From the IMG/VR virus record IMGVR_UViG_3300010376_000010, positions 1-57,245 of that record: DNA of 57,245 nucleotides; one strand, 5' to 3'. Positions 35,740-45,436 of the stretch are shown here, piece after piece (position 1 is the first letter of the stretch; each line of letters starts with the position of its first letter). The notes beneath the pieces are model-generated. The model ran no database searches and was not told the origin of the DNA. It worked only from the letters and a program-made list of their open reading frames with translations. Origin of the DNA: a virus (taxonomy: Duplodnaviria; Caudoviricetes). Position numbers and translations under genes: made by a program.

Positions 35740-35963
35740 GCGCCAACGAGCCAGTCCGGGTGCAGGCAGTCCCGGTGAAATACTGGTATGACACCGAGCG
35801 CCGCGCCTACGGCCACTACGACCGGCAGGGCAGGGTCACCTGGACGCATGCGCCGCCCGAGGCATATGTCCCGATCGCCCCGACCAGTGCGTACTGGTCC
35901 CCGAAACCGGTCGTCATCCGCATCCGCAGCACGAGGAAGCAGAGGCCGAACGATGAACGATGA
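35736..35963 (+). CDS. Hypothetical protein
   Basis: GTGA overlap. Confidence 0.5.
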   Translation: MSANEPVRVQAVPVKYWYDTERRAYGHYDRQGRVTWTHAPPEAYVPIAPTSAYWSPKPVVIRIRSTRKQRPNDER

Positions 35964-36426
35964 AGAGGAGCGGGTGCTACTCACCCGACAGATGCTGATG
36001 GCGCTCGAAGAGATGCCGCCCCATACCGGCTACTGTGCGTTCCTCACGTCTGAGGATCCGCTCGTTGTCTTCCGCATTACGCCGGATGAGCTGGGCGCGT
36101 ACGCGATGATGGTTTCCGCAGAGGATCCATCCGTCATGATGATGCGCGTCTTCCCCGACCGCGACACCTTCGTGATGTCGCTCGGCGCGGCCCCGGTCGT
36201 GCCGAAGGGTGGCGCATGGTCGCGCGTTGACACCGACCAGATGGACATCCTCGTTGATTACCTCACCGATGCCGTGCCCCACGCTGAAGAGAATCAGATG
36301 GATGTGGGGTACGGGTTCACCATTCTCGTGGACGGCCGGACGAACTCGGTCGCCATCGTCAATGGCCCCGAGGCAGCGCGCGAGGCGTCACGCGAGTTCG
36401 ACAGGATCTATCGTGAACAATCATGA
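35953..36426 (+). CDS. Acidic hypothetical protein
   Basis: Operon, codon pattern. Confidence 0.65.
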   Translation: MNDEEERVLLTRQMLMALEEMPPHTGYCAFLTSEDPLVVFRITPDELGAYAMMVSAEDPSVMMMRVFPDRDTFVMSLGAAPVVPKGGAWSRVDTDQMDILVDYLTDAVPHAEENQMDVGYGFTILVDGRTNSVAIVNGPEAAREASREFDRIYREQS

Positions 36427-36706
36427 CGAGGAGAACCGCTACGAACTTTTCGGCGATGCCTACCCGACCGAGGCGGGCACGCAGATCGTGGTCGCGGCAC
36501 CGCATGTCATCCTGCCACCGGCATACCGAGAGCGGTCGGTGATCGCCGAGAGTGTCGTCATCGGCGAAATGGTCAATGGCAATGTCGCGATCGTCGGCAT
36601 CGTCGGCGAGGTCGCCATCCGGCTTGAGCTGAACATGCAGGAGGGCGCGCTGTTCGCCGGGATGTTCCTCGCGCACTTCTACCCGCCACAGGAGGAAGAA
36701 TCATGA
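36413..36706 (+). CDS. Hypothetical protein
   Basis: GTG start after AGGA. Confidence 0.6.
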   Translation: MNNHDEENRYELFGDAYPTEAGTQIVVAAPHVILPPAYRERSVIAESVVIGEMVNGNVAIVGIVGEVAIRLELNMQEGALFAGMFLAHFYPPQEEES

Positions 36707-36966
36707 CCGCGTCCCCGTCTGCTCAGGTTGACCGCCGGTTACCGCGATCGTTCCGATGTGATATGTACGCGCCGGAACGCTACACGCTGTGCGTGATCGT
36801 GGGCGGCCAAGTCGTAGATCGTATCAATCTCTCCGAGGGAGAGCTGCGCGCCTGCGCGGAAACGCTCGTGCGCATGCTCGGCTGGACACCCTACCGGAAC
36901 CCGCAGCGAACGGAGGAGCCGGATGACACTGTACCGCGTCCAGAAGCGGCCACTGGAGAAACCTGA
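36703..36966 (+). CDS. Hypothetical protein
   Basis: GGAGG RBS, ATGA overlap. Confidence 0.6.
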   Translation: MTASPSAQVDRRLPRSFRCDMYAPERYTLCVIVGGQVVDRINLSEGELRACAETLVRMLGWTPYRNPQRTEEPDDTVPRPEAATGET

Positions 36967-37159
36967 CTGGAAGATCATCCACACGGGCGACAGTCTCGAC
37001 GCGGCACTCGATGCATTCCTCGACGAGACGGTGGCACGCGGCAGCGGCGTGACGATCCTCGAACGCGAGCTGGATGACGGGAGCTGGCACACGGTGCCGC
37101 TTGAAGACATCGGCGGCTCACTGCGCTCCCTGTGGACGCATAAGGGTCAGAAAAGATGA
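36923..37159 (+). CDS. Hypothetical protein
   Basis: GGAGGAG RBS. Confidence 0.6.
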   Translation: MTLYRVQKRPLEKPDWKIIHTGDSLDAALDAFLDETVARGSGVTILERELDDGSWHTVPLEDIGGSLRSLWTHKGQKR

Positions 37160-37524
37160 GACGCGGGTATCTCTACATCCTCAGCGCCGACGACAACCGG
37201 ACACTGATCGGCTTCCCTGAGGATGTGCAGGGCATCCTCATCTGGTCCGCGTGGAAGCACCACAACCACGACCGCTGCGTCGTCGGTCAGGAGAAGGTCG
37301 GCCACCGCGAAGTCTCCACCGTCTTCATCGGCCATGGGCACATGTTCGAGACGATGATCTTCTCCGAGCTGGACGGTGACCCACTGAATGACAAGCAGTG
37401 GCGGCACGAGAGCTGGGACGAGGCGCGCGCCTTCCACGAGCACCTCTGCGAAGAGCTGAGAACCTACAGCGACTGGGAGAATGACGACGAGGCGTGGGAA
37501 GACTGGGAGTTCGAGACACAATAA
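37156..37524 (+). CDS. Hypothetical protein (VSTVFIG...FETMIF motif)
   Basis: ATGA overlap; motif recurrent in phage proteins. Confidence 0.7.
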   Translation: MRRGYLYILSADDNRTLIGFPEDVQGILIWSAWKHHNHDRCVVGQEKVGHREVSTVFIGHGHMFETMIFSELDGDPLNDKQWRHESWDEARAFHEHLCEELRTYSDWENDDEAWEDWEFETQ

Positions 37525-37525
37525 T

Positions 37526-37609
37526 GCCCCCGACCGGTTGATCAATCCTTTGCATGTGCGGCGTGTGTCGCCGACACGGCAAAGGGTTGATCAGGTAGCG
37601 GACGGGGGC
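37526..37609. terminator. Long hairpin between convergent operons
   Basis: TGATCAATCCTTTGC / GCAAAGGGTTGATCA, closed by GCCCCCG / CGGGGGC. Confidence 0.6.
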
Positions 37610-37652
37610 GGTGCCGGGTTCCTGAGGGTCAGTGAGAGTGTACCGCAGAATG

Positions 37653-37865
37653 CTACTCGTCGTCGCCGGGTTCGGGCACGAGATGCGTCTGCCGGTGATG
37701 CATCATCGCCAGCTCCTCCTCGTGTTTGTTGACGCGGTGACTGATGCGCCGCACGAGCCGGTGCAGGATCGCCGCCCAGAGGAGCGCGATCGCCGCGAGC
37801 ACTCCCGGCGCGTACCTGACCAGCCTGCCGATGTCGTCAAGCACCGTCCTCATCATGACCGTCAC
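37653..37865 (-). CDS. Putative holin / lysis membrane protein
   Basis: One TM helix, directly downstream of the endolysin. Confidence 0.55.
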   Translation of the reverse strand: MTVMMRTVLDDIGRLVRYAPGVLAAIALLWAAILHRLVRRISHRVNKHEEELAMMHHRQTHLVPEPGDDE

Positions 37866-39120
37866 TCGCTGGCGGCACGGCCGCGAATTCCTGCGTATTC
37901 AGGTTATTGACCACGTCATAGGGGAAGGCGTTCTCGGGTTGGTATATAAGTGTTCCTCGCTCGAACCGCTGAATGGTGCGCTGCCGCGACGTGCCGTCGT
38001 CGTCGGTGACGATCGCCTGCTCTTCATTCGCGAGGGCGTATCCGAGTACGGTCATCGGATCCTGTCCGGCCGCGACGCCGTCGTAAAACCGCTTGAACCC
38101 GCCACCGACACCAACCTCATTCCCGGCATCGTCCGGAGAATACGGATTGTCTGGCTGAACGAGCCAGTTCGTGGGCGGCGGATCGGGCGGGCGCGGGTCC
38201 GGCATCGGTTCGACATTCTCGTAATAGGCCCAACCCATGTACCCCGGCGTCTGGTCATTCCAGTACATGTAGCCGACATTGCTCGGGTTCGTCAGCGTTC
38301 CGAGCAGCCGCCCGTCGCCCATGCTGATGCCAACGTGACCGTCAGGGTAATAGAACGTTTCATCGAAAAAGCACGCGGCACCTTTCGGAGCTGGCCCCGG
38401 CTGGAGATCGCGCGCGCGACCGGCGGTGACCGCATTGGGGTACAGCGGCACATCGACGCCGCAGTTGCGATTCGCGCTGTCCGCGAAGGCGAGGCACCAA
38501 TAGGCCCACTGATGCGTACCATTAACGGTGTCGAAACCGTTAGAATACGCGTGACCGATCTGCGTCTGGCCCATCGCGACAACATCGTCTGCGGAGACGG
38601 TCACGGGTGCACCTCCATTGTCGGGGATGACTTCGTTCATCACGCCGACGATCGCCTCGCTGTATCCCTCGTCCGCAGCCCAGACGCCGTCCATCTGGCA
38701 CAGTTCGCTGAAGCCCTTTTCCATGCCCCCGAACCCGAGCGGGGCGAGCGTCCCGAACGGTTCGCTGCCGTCCGTGAAATAATCGGTGAGCAAATCGAGT
38801 TGCCCATGGACGCCGTCCTCCACGGTCCCGTGCGGCGTGTCTTCGGTGTAGAGCCAGATCACATCGGGGGTGTCGTCGGCGTAAATGCCGATCCCGGCCG
38901 CGTTGTGACTCTCTTTCCAGCGGTTGCTGGTGAAGTAACCGGTTTCAACACAACCCTGCGCGATCGCGGCATTGCTGTCGTAACCGATGATGGCGCAGCC
39001 TTCGTCGTAGGTATCGCAGATCGCCTGCGCTTCGTCGGGGTTGTAGGCACGGATGCAGGGGAGCCACCGGTCATCGAGCGGGACATAGCCACGCGGATCG
39101 TAGGTCGGCAGGTAGGCCAT
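37837..39120 (-). CDS. Endolysin: glucosaminidase-like + NlpC/P60(CHAP)-like + cell-wall binding domain
   Basis: AIAQGCVETG..HNAAGIG, WAADEGY; YWCLAFA...DGHVGISMGDG; LGYALANE...IQRFERGTLIYQPEN. Confidence 0.85.
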   Translation of the reverse strand: MAYLPTYDPRGYVPLDDRWLPCIRAYNPDEAQAICDTYDEGCAIIGYDSNAAIAQGCVETGYFTSNRWKESHNAAGIGIYADDTPDVIWLYTEDTPHGTVEDGVHGQLDLLTDYFTDGSEPFGTLAPLGFGGMEKGFSELCQMDGVWAADEGYSEAIVGVMNEVIPDNGGAPVTVSADDVVAMGQTQIGHAYSNGFDTVNGTHQWAYWCLAFADSANRNCGVDVPLYPNAVTAGRARDLQPGPAPKGAACFFDETFYYPDGHVGISMGDGRLLGTLTNPSNVGYMYWNDQTPGYMGWAYYENVEPMPDPRPPDPPPTNWLVQPDNPYSPDDAGNEVGVGGGFKRFYDGVAAGQDPMTVLGYALANEEQAIVTDDDGTSRQRTIQRFERGTLIYQPENAFPYDVVNNLNTQEFAAVPPASDGHDEDGA

Positions 39121-39178
39121 GGGAGCACCTCCGCTGGGCGGCGAACTATCACTAAGACCCATTGGTTGTAGTCTGTGA

Positions 39179-39204
39179 GGGTGTTGCGTTACGCAACAGT
39201 CAGG
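39179..39204. repeat. 26-bp direct repeat with palindromic core, copy 1
   Basis: GGGTGTTGCGTTACGCAACAGTCAGG. Confidence 0.9.
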
Positions 39205-39212
39205 GGTGAGCG

Positions 39213-39578
39213 ATGCACGATTCGACACACGCGAGGACGACGTATGAGCCGCAGCAGTTGATCCCGGCGACCGGTTGGCTCGGCGTCTGGCTGATTGAAT
39301 ACAAGGTGCCAGTGCCGGAACTGTATTGCGCGCCAATCATCGGGTTCGCGATCACGGTGATGACGGAAACCGAGTATCGCGGGGCGTACAAGACCGGGAA
39401 GGCAATCGCGACGCGCCTGATCTGCGGCTACACGCCGTCCGACGCCGGGATCGACGCCTGCGAAGAAAGTCCCAACTTCCTCGGGTACATCCACGAGAGC
39501 GAGATGGAGCAGCGGGAAGAGCGGTTCCGCGAGGAGCTGGAGGTGGCGCGGCGGAAGAAGGATCCGGGTGTTGCGTAA
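39213..39578 (+). CDS. Hypothetical protein (moron-like, opposite strand)
   Basis: 121 aa, PQQLIPATGW, PNFLGY; stop lies inside repeat copy 2. Confidence 0.7.
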   Translation: MHDSTHARTTYEPQQLIPATGWLGVWLIEYKVPVPELYCAPIIGFAITVMTETEYRGAYKTGKAIATRLICGYTPSDAGIDACEESPNFLGYIHESEMEQREERFREELEVARRKKDPGVA

Positions 39579-39591
39579 CGCAACAGTCAGG
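39566..39591. repeat. 26-bp direct repeat with palindromic core, copy 2
   Basis: GGGTGTTGCGTAACGCAACAGTCAGG (one difference, at the palindrome centre). Confidence 0.9.
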
Positions 39592-39599
39592 AGGGCGCG

Positions 39600-39854
39600 A
39601 TGTTGCCACTGCACCACCCCATGTGGACGATCGATGCGCGCCGTCGGGTGCAGCTCTACATGCGGCACGCGGGCCTCGGCGATCCCGGCATCTACCATGT
39701 CGAGTGGGACGCCGTCGCACATTCGATCGAGGAGTACGTCGCGATGCTTGGCGAGGATCAGATCGAAGAGTGGCACGTGCTGGAGTTCTTCAGGGAGCAC
39801 TGGACGCCGAGGCCGAACGACACCGAGGAGCCGGGGATACCGGACTGGTTATGA
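39600..39854 (+). CDS. Acidic hypothetical protein
   Basis: GGAGG RBS. Confidence 0.65.
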   Translation: MLPLHHPMWTIDARRRVQLYMRHAGLGDPGIYHVEWDAVAHSIEEYVAMLGEDQIEEWHVLEFFREHWTPRPNDTEEPGIPDWL

Positions 39855-39893
39855 GAATGCGGGTTCTCACATCCGATAATCGGGTCTTATCGG

Positions 39894-39950
39894 AAGGTTG
39901 ACCGGTTGCGAAGACCGCAAGAGAACGGCCCTCTGCAACCGGTCAACCTT
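39894..39950 (-). repeat. Hairpin family A, copy 2
   Basis: Minus strand AAGGTTGACCGGTTGC-AGAGGGCCGT...TGCGGTCTTC-GCAACCGGTCAACCTT. Confidence 0.85.
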
Positions 39951-39952
39951 AG

Positions 39953-40327
39953 CTAGACCGGCCGCTGTCGTGCCGCCTTGAGGAACCGCGCCACCTGATC
40001 ATTGCTCTCCGCTGGCAGCAGCACGACGAGGTAGGTGCCGCGCTTCTCGAACAGGTCCGCGTCCTCGATCGGCAGCTTGCAGTTGAAGTTTGCCGCTTCG
40101 TTGCTGTAGCGCGCGCCATGCGTGAGCGTGAAGGAGCCGGTGGACATGCTCACGTCTTCCGACCACTGGGAGATGTCCGTCACGTAGACGAGCGGCCACG
40201 ACGGCTTCGGTCGCAGGTAGTCGCTGGCATGGAGCGGCACCGCCTTCATCTCGGGGACGGCAACCGGTGCCGGTGAGAGGATTGCGCGCGCGCGCGAGAC
40301 GAGCGCCGTGATCGGGTTAGCTGCCAT
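39953..40327 (-). CDS. Hypothetical protein
   Basis: End of the tail operon. Confidence 0.6.
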   Translation of the reverse strand: MAANPITALVSRARAILSPAPVAVPEMKAVPLHASDYLRPKPSWPLVYVTDISQWSEDVSMSTGSFTLTHGARYSNEAANFNCKLPIEDADLFEKRGTYLVVLLPAESNDQVARFLKAARQRPV

Positions 40328-40643
40328 CGTCTACCGCCATCGGATCCATGCCCATCGCGCTCTTCCAGCACTCCTCGGCCATGATGAGCGCGCCATGGGC
40401 CGCGATCACCGCCGCCTCGTGCCTGCCCTGATCGCCGCCGAGTTCGGTCATGCCGAACCAGTACGTCGGCTCAAACGTGCCATCCGTATTGACCGTGATC
40501 ACGATCCGCTTCCGGCCGTCTCCAGCATCGAACGTGACCGGGTTCTTCATCGCAGGCGCATGATCGTGGTTGTGATTGTGGCCGTTCGATGCAGGACCGG
40601 GCGCTCGCGGCGTCACCCGCATCAGATCGCGCAGTTTTGGCAT
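40317..40643 (-). CDS. Hypothetical protein
   Basis: ATG 40643 after GGGG RBS. Confidence 0.6.
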   Translation of the reverse strand: MPKLRDLMRVTPRAPGPASNGHNHNHDHAPAMKNPVTFDAGDGRKRIVITVNTDGTFEPTYWFGMTELGGDQGRHEAAVIAAHGALIMAEECWKSAMGMDPMAVDDGS

Positions 40644-40662
40644 GTCTAACCCCCGTGAATAC

Positions 40663-43338
40663 TTACGCATAGAGAACCTGACTCCCCACCCCGGACATCT
40701 CGATCACGCCGAACCCGGACAGCTCGACCTCCGTCAGCCCATCCGGATTGCCCGCTGCGGGCACACCCCAGAGGTTGAACGTCACCATCTGTCCGGGGGC
40801 GCTATCGAGGTACGGCGTGATATCAACTGAGGATTGCATCGAGCTGGTGAGGTTCTGGCCGAGCGCGTCCGACTGCGCGGTCAGGATGACGCCGGGAGCG
40901 CCGCCAATCTGCATGTCCACCCGGACTGCCACCTGAAGGTTCGTCTCGAAGATGCCGACATCGAGCGCGTGCGTGTGCGAGCCGCTCTGATGCGCGGCGT
41001 TGGTCGTCGTGGACGCGGCCCGCGTCGAGGCAATCGCTGTCGCCGGAAAGACGGTGTGCAGCGGCCAGCCCGTACCCTGGCTGTCCACGCCCGGTTTGAA
41101 GCCGCTGTAGTTGTTCGTGTTCAGCGCGGGGTTGTTGAGATTCGTTCCGCTGACATTCCCGCCGCCGCCCGCGACGGTTGACGAACCGTGACCGTGGTCG
41201 GTATTGGTACTCTGGTTGTAGTACGCGGTATTGATCGTCCCCCCCTTGCCCGCGCCCTGAAGAAACGCACCGCCGTAGCTGGGATTGCTCGTGCCGCTGT
41301 AGTAGAGGATGCCGGTGCTGGCACCCGTGCCGGGATCGCCGCCTGATCCGAACGTCATCGTGTGCTGATGGCTGTTGATCTGCCCATCGACGTTCCCGGC
41401 TTTCCCACTGTTGGCGACATTGCCGCCGCCCGTGGCCGGGACTGATGATCCATGATTATGCCCCCACTGACTCGCACCCGCAGTGATGTTCTGACCACCC
41501 TGATTCCCGTAGGTAGTTGACGCATGGGCGTGCCCCAACTGCGATGCCGTGTAATAGACCGCCGTTGCCGCCGTCTCATCCGTGTCCGCGATCGAACCGC
41601 TGACGGTGAGCGCGGGGATGTCCACGTCATGCTGATGCCCGCCGTCGGAATGCGCCTGATTGAGATCGTGCCGGACCGGGAAGATGCTGACGAGGATCTT
41701 GCATTGTTGCACCCGGAACGCGGTCTTCGGGATCTCCCAGTGCTTGGTCAGCGGGTGCTGCGAGTCGATCTTGACGCGCCCCGTGTCCAGCGGATAGATC
41801 GCCACGGTGGTCGTCGGAATCACGCGCAGGGCTTCGACCATGCCGCGCGATGCATCGTTCGCGGTGCTCGTGGCATCGGGCGGATGCTTCGCGTTATTCG
41901 TCAGCGTCCACGTGTCGATCACCTGATCGCCATACTGCCGCACCACGGAGACGACGTAGTAGACGCCTTCCTCCGCGACCTCGGTGAAATAGCCGAGGCC
42001 ATCGACGCCGATGCGATCGTAATGGATCTGCACCTTCTCACCGGCACGGACCGGGCGGCGCTGCCCCACCGTCGTCACCGTCACCGATTGTTGCGGTAGG
42101 CCGTACCAGCCGAGCTGCGCCTTGGCCGCGACATAGAGCGCGCGCTCACTCATCTCCTGGTTGTAGATGTCGCTATCGACATAGGTGAACGAACTGTCCG
42201 TGAAGGGCGCGCGGAACTCGGCATTGTGCGGTGTACGCTGCTCCCAGTACTGAAGTGCGGCATTGCTGCTCATCGTGTATTCGAAGCCGTCCGCACCGCC
42301 GTCGAGCCGGACGGCATACTCGAACTGCTGGCTGTCCGTCTTATTGAGCCGCGCCGGTCGCCACGCGGGATGCGTGGGATCCGTGGTCGTGTCCCAGAGC
42401 GCGTGAATCGGAAAGTTCGCCATGTCCGCTTCGGGGAAGTAGTACTGCACCCCGGAGTTGTAATCACCGGGACGGACAGGGTTCTTCGTGGCGTAATGAT
42501 CGTAGGTTGGATCGAAGAGGATGCGGAAGAGTCTGCGGAAGCGGACCTGATTGATCCCCGAGCCGCCGCCGAGCGGGGTCATCGTCGTCACCACTTTGCT
42601 GCAATCAGCCGGGTGCCGCGTGATCGTCTGCGCGACGCGCGCCTCGGGGTTGTTCGCGAGGATCTGCTGCACGTCACCGCCGTCGGGGGAGATGATCTGC
42701 ACCGCCGGTCCCTGCCCGAACAGGCCCAGCTCGATCGAGCGGATCGGCGTCCCCCACGCGTCGTGCACCTGCCGCGCATGCAGCCCGGTCGCTTCCGCTG
42801 CCTGAAGGAGCGCGCCAAGGATCGTCGCGTCCTCGTAACGGAGGATGTAGGGGAAGTTGCCGTTCGCATCGCACGATGCGCTCCAGCCGCGCCGCAGCGC
42901 ACCGAGCCGTGCCACGATCGCGCTCAGGGTGAGGCTCTTCACACTCTGGCCGTTACGGGGCGGCGGTGCCTGATTGACACTCGCGGTGGCGTAACCGGCA
43001 ACCCAGCCCTGACCGGTGGTCGAGAAACGCAGGATCTCCGTGAAGTTTGGCAGGTTGAGGGTGATCGTATGTTCATCACTGGCCGTGATCTGATCCTCGG
43101 GATCAACGATCAGGCCGTAGGCGATCGTCCCCAGCTCATCGTCGATGATCTGCACCGCCGCCATGCCGGTGAGCAGTCCGAGGTTCTGCCGGAAACTGCC
43201 CGAGACGGTGATGCTGTGTGGCGAGAACTGGTCGAGTTCCTCCATCACAATCGTGGCACTGAGGATCTCTTCCATCGCCCACACCTGCGGCAGCGGGTTG
43301 AGATCAAGGTCGCAGAGCACAAGAGAAAGCAAAGCCAT
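40663..43338 (-). CDS. Tail tip / baseplate hub-like protein with HxH-repeat C-terminal region
   Basis: VVTTMTPLGGG and VRAGEKVQI hub-like motifs; repeated HxH motifs. Confidence 0.7.
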   Translation of the reverse strand: MALLSLVLCDLDLNPLPQVWAMEEILSATIVMEELDQFSPHSITVSGSFRQNLGLLTGMAAVQIIDDELGTIAYGLIVDPEDQITASDEHTITLNLPNFTEILRFSTTGQGWVAGYATASVNQAPPPRNGQSVKSLTLSAIVARLGALRRGWSASCDANGNFPYILRYEDATILGALLQAAEATGLHARQVHDAWGTPIRSIELGLFGQGPAVQIISPDGGDVQQILANNPEARVAQTITRHPADCSKVVTTMTPLGGGSGINQVRFRRLFRILFDPTYDHYATKNPVRPGDYNSGVQYYFPEADMANFPIHALWDTTTDPTHPAWRPARLNKTDSQQFEYAVRLDGGADGFEYTMSSNAALQYWEQRTPHNAEFRAPFTDSSFTYVDSDIYNQEMSERALYVAAKAQLGWYGLPQQSVTVTTVGQRRPVRAGEKVQIHYDRIGVDGLGYFTEVAEEGVYYVVSVVRQYGDQVIDTWTLTNNAKHPPDATSTANDASRGMVEALRVIPTTTVAIYPLDTGRVKIDSQHPLTKHWEIPKTAFRVQQCKILVSIFPVRHDLNQAHSDGGHQHDVDIPALTVSGSIADTDETAATAVYYTASQLGHAHASTTYGNQGGQNITAGASQWGHNHGSSVPATGGGNVANSGKAGNVDGQINSHQHTMTFGSGGDPGTGASTGILYYSGTSNPSYGGAFLQGAGKGGTINTAYYNQSTNTDHGHGSSTVAGGGGNVSGTNLNNPALNTNNYSGFKPGVDSQGTGWPLHTVFPATAIASTRAASTTTNAAHQSGSHTHALDVGIFETNLQVAVRVDMQIGGAPGVILTAQSDALGQNLTSSMQSSVDITPYLDSAPGQMVTFNLWGVPAAGNPDGLTEVELSGFGVIEMSGVGSQVLYA

Positions 43339-43353
43339 TGGATCACGCCCTTC

Positions 43354-44454
43354 TCATTGCGCCAGCACCTGGTAGAACCAGGTGTAGTCCGTGCCAGCAG
43401 CGAGTGCCCCCTGACCACCGATGATTGAGAAGCTGGATGCACTGAGTTGCGTGACATCGACATAGCAGGCTTGCGCCGATGTCGCCGCCGTGGAGCCGGG
43501 GGTGCCCGATGTGAGGATGACGCCATACGGTGTGCCCGCGTAGGGCTGGACATAGTTGATGCGCGCTACCAGTGCATTCGATCCCGCCGGGGCTGTTCCA
43601 GCATGCACGACGATGCGACCCCATTGATCCGTACCCGTGACGGTGCAGGTTGCGCCCGCACCACCTGCGCCCGCGCCGAGGACGGACGTGGGTGGTGTCG
43701 GCACATTGAGAGGCGTGATCTGGATCAGACGCATGCGACCGTAGCTGTCCCAGATCGTCGCCTGCGTTACCGCAGGGCCACCGTGATTGCCGTCCCACGG
43801 CTGAATCGTCAGGGCGGCAAAGTTCAGTTTGCCGTTGCGTCCCATATAGATCGCCATGTCGTTCTCGGACTGGACCGCCATGGTGTAGTGCGAGTACAGG
43901 TGCAGCCCCTGCTGCGCGTTCGGCGGGGTAATACCGGGGACGTGATTCCAGATCTTCGCCTGGACGAGATCATTCGCGATCCAGACCGTCGCCTGATTGA
44001 GGCTCCCCGGCGTCGGATCAATAATGACGCTGCCGCTGATCGGCGCATCGTAGCCGCCAGATGGCGGAATGGCCGAAGCAAACGGGCGGATGTGGAGTCC
44101 GAACTGATCGGCATAGAGGTAGGCATCAAACCCACCCCCCGGCAGGGGTTGCCAGACGCAGCCATTCTTGCCGGGGAAATCCGCGACGGTGCCGATGCGC
44201 CGCACATCGGCGCGCGCGCTCATATCCGTCCCCGTTGCCACCGCGAGGAGGGTATAGGTGTTGCCGAGCGCCGAGACGGCATGGACATCCAGCACTGCGC
44301 CATCAACACTGCCCGTGAGCGTGACGGCGGCGGCGGCGGCGGGTTGACGCTCCCTGCCGTCATTGATGACGAGTGACCCGTAGGGCGTCAGCGTGCGTCC
44401 GGACACGGTCACCGTTGCGAGGTTTGTATTGGCGACCGGAAGTCCCGCAGTCAT
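43354..44454 (-). CDS. Minor tail protein
   Basis: G/A/T-rich, beta-rich; tail module. Confidence 0.65.
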   Translation of the reverse strand: MTAGLPVANTNLATVTVSGRTLTPYGSLVINDGRERQPAAAAAVTLTGSVDGAVLDVHAVSALGNTYTLLAVATGTDMSARADVRRIGTVADFPGKNGCVWQPLPGGGFDAYLYADQFGLHIRPFASAIPPSGGYDAPISGSVIIDPTPGSLNQATVWIANDLVQAKIWNHVPGITPPNAQQGLHLYSHYTMAVQSENDMAIYMGRNGKLNFAALTIQPWDGNHGGPAVTQATIWDSYGRMRLIQITPLNVPTPPTSVLGAGAGGAGATCTVTGTDQWGRIVVHAGTAPAGSNALVARINYVQPYAGTPYGVILTSGTPGSTAATSAQACYVDVTQLSASSFSIIGGQGALAAGTDYTWFYQVLAQ

Positions 44455-45095
44455 ATGAGCAGCCCCAGATTGGTGAGGGTGGTGCAGAGGTCACTGTCCG
44501 CGCTCTGCGCCTGCGCGGAGGAGATCGGCCCCTGCGATTGATGCAGGCAGAAGAGGTAGTTCGGGATGAGCGCGCCCGTGAACGTGTCCCGCGTGATCCC
44601 GGTGGCGTACTGGCCGTCATCGGTGGTCATCAGCATGACGCCATTCCGGTCCAGGAAGAGGCCGACGATCCAGCCGCGTGCCGGGGAGACGTTCGCGTCC
44701 CGCTGTCGCCACGTCATCTGCGTGGCACCGGCGACCACGTAGCCCTGCACGACGCCGAGCGCAGGATCCGTGGTGATGTCCTGAATCTTTGCCGTGCCGT
44801 AGTGAGGACCGCGCACCGCGATCATCCATGCGCAGATCGGGCAGGGGCCAGAGACCTGAGCAGGATCGAGCCGCATGTTCGCGAGGTCGAGGGGCGCGAC
44901 CGTGGGATCACCCTCCACCAGCTCCCGCCACCAGTGCCAGATTGTGTCATTACTGCCGAACGGCCCGCCCATCGGCTGCATGTCCTCGGGCGTGAGATAC
45001 CACTGGGCACCGCATTTCGGACAGGTGATCAGCACTGAGAGGAACCACGGCAGCGAGGATGCCTGCGGGGTGGGGGTGGTGATCAGACGCGTCAT
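44451..45095 (-). CDS. Hypothetical tail-module protein with CxxC...CxxC
   Basis: CPKC and CPIC; coupled to neighbours. Confidence 0.6.
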   Translation of the reverse strand: MTRLITTPTPQASSLPWFLSVLITCPKCGAQWYLTPEDMQPMGGPFGSNDTIWHWWRELVEGDPTVAPLDLANMRLDPAQVSGPCPICAWMIAVRGPHYGTAKIQDITTDPALGVVQGYVVAGATQMTWRQRDANVSPARGWIVGLFLDRNGVMLMTTDDGQYATGITRDTFTGALIPNYLFCLHQSQGPISSAQAQSADSDLCTTLTNLGLLI

Positions 45096-45424
45096 CACCG
45101 GATACCGGGATACGGGTTGGCATTGCGCCAGCGGAGGATCTGATAGCCGACATCGCCGCCGAACGCGGCGTCGATCATGGTCTTGACCGTACTCGTCCAC
45201 GCTTTGAACTGGTTGGCTTTCTCAACCTGTTCAGCGGTCGGCGTCCCGCCTGACGCCCAGAAGGCGGCGATGTCGTCTGCTGAGTAGAGGCTGTAGGTGC
45301 TGACCACGTAGTCCGCAGCGGCGTTCAACTGATCGCACATCCGTGCCAGCTCCATGCCATAGTTCGTGGCACTGACCTCATCATAGCCGGGACCGAACGG
45401 AAGATTTGCCGGGGGCGCGCTCAT
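45095..45424 (-). CDS. Hypothetical protein (possible fibre chaperone)
   Basis: GGAGG RBS, after the fibre gene. Confidence 0.6.
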   Translation of the reverse strand: MSAPPANLPFGPGYDEVSATNYGMELARMCDQLNAAADYVVSTYSLYSADDIAAFWASGGTPTAEQVEKANQFKAWTSTVKTMIDAAFGGDVGYQILRWRNANPYPGIR

Positions 45425-45436
45425 GAGGAACCCTCC

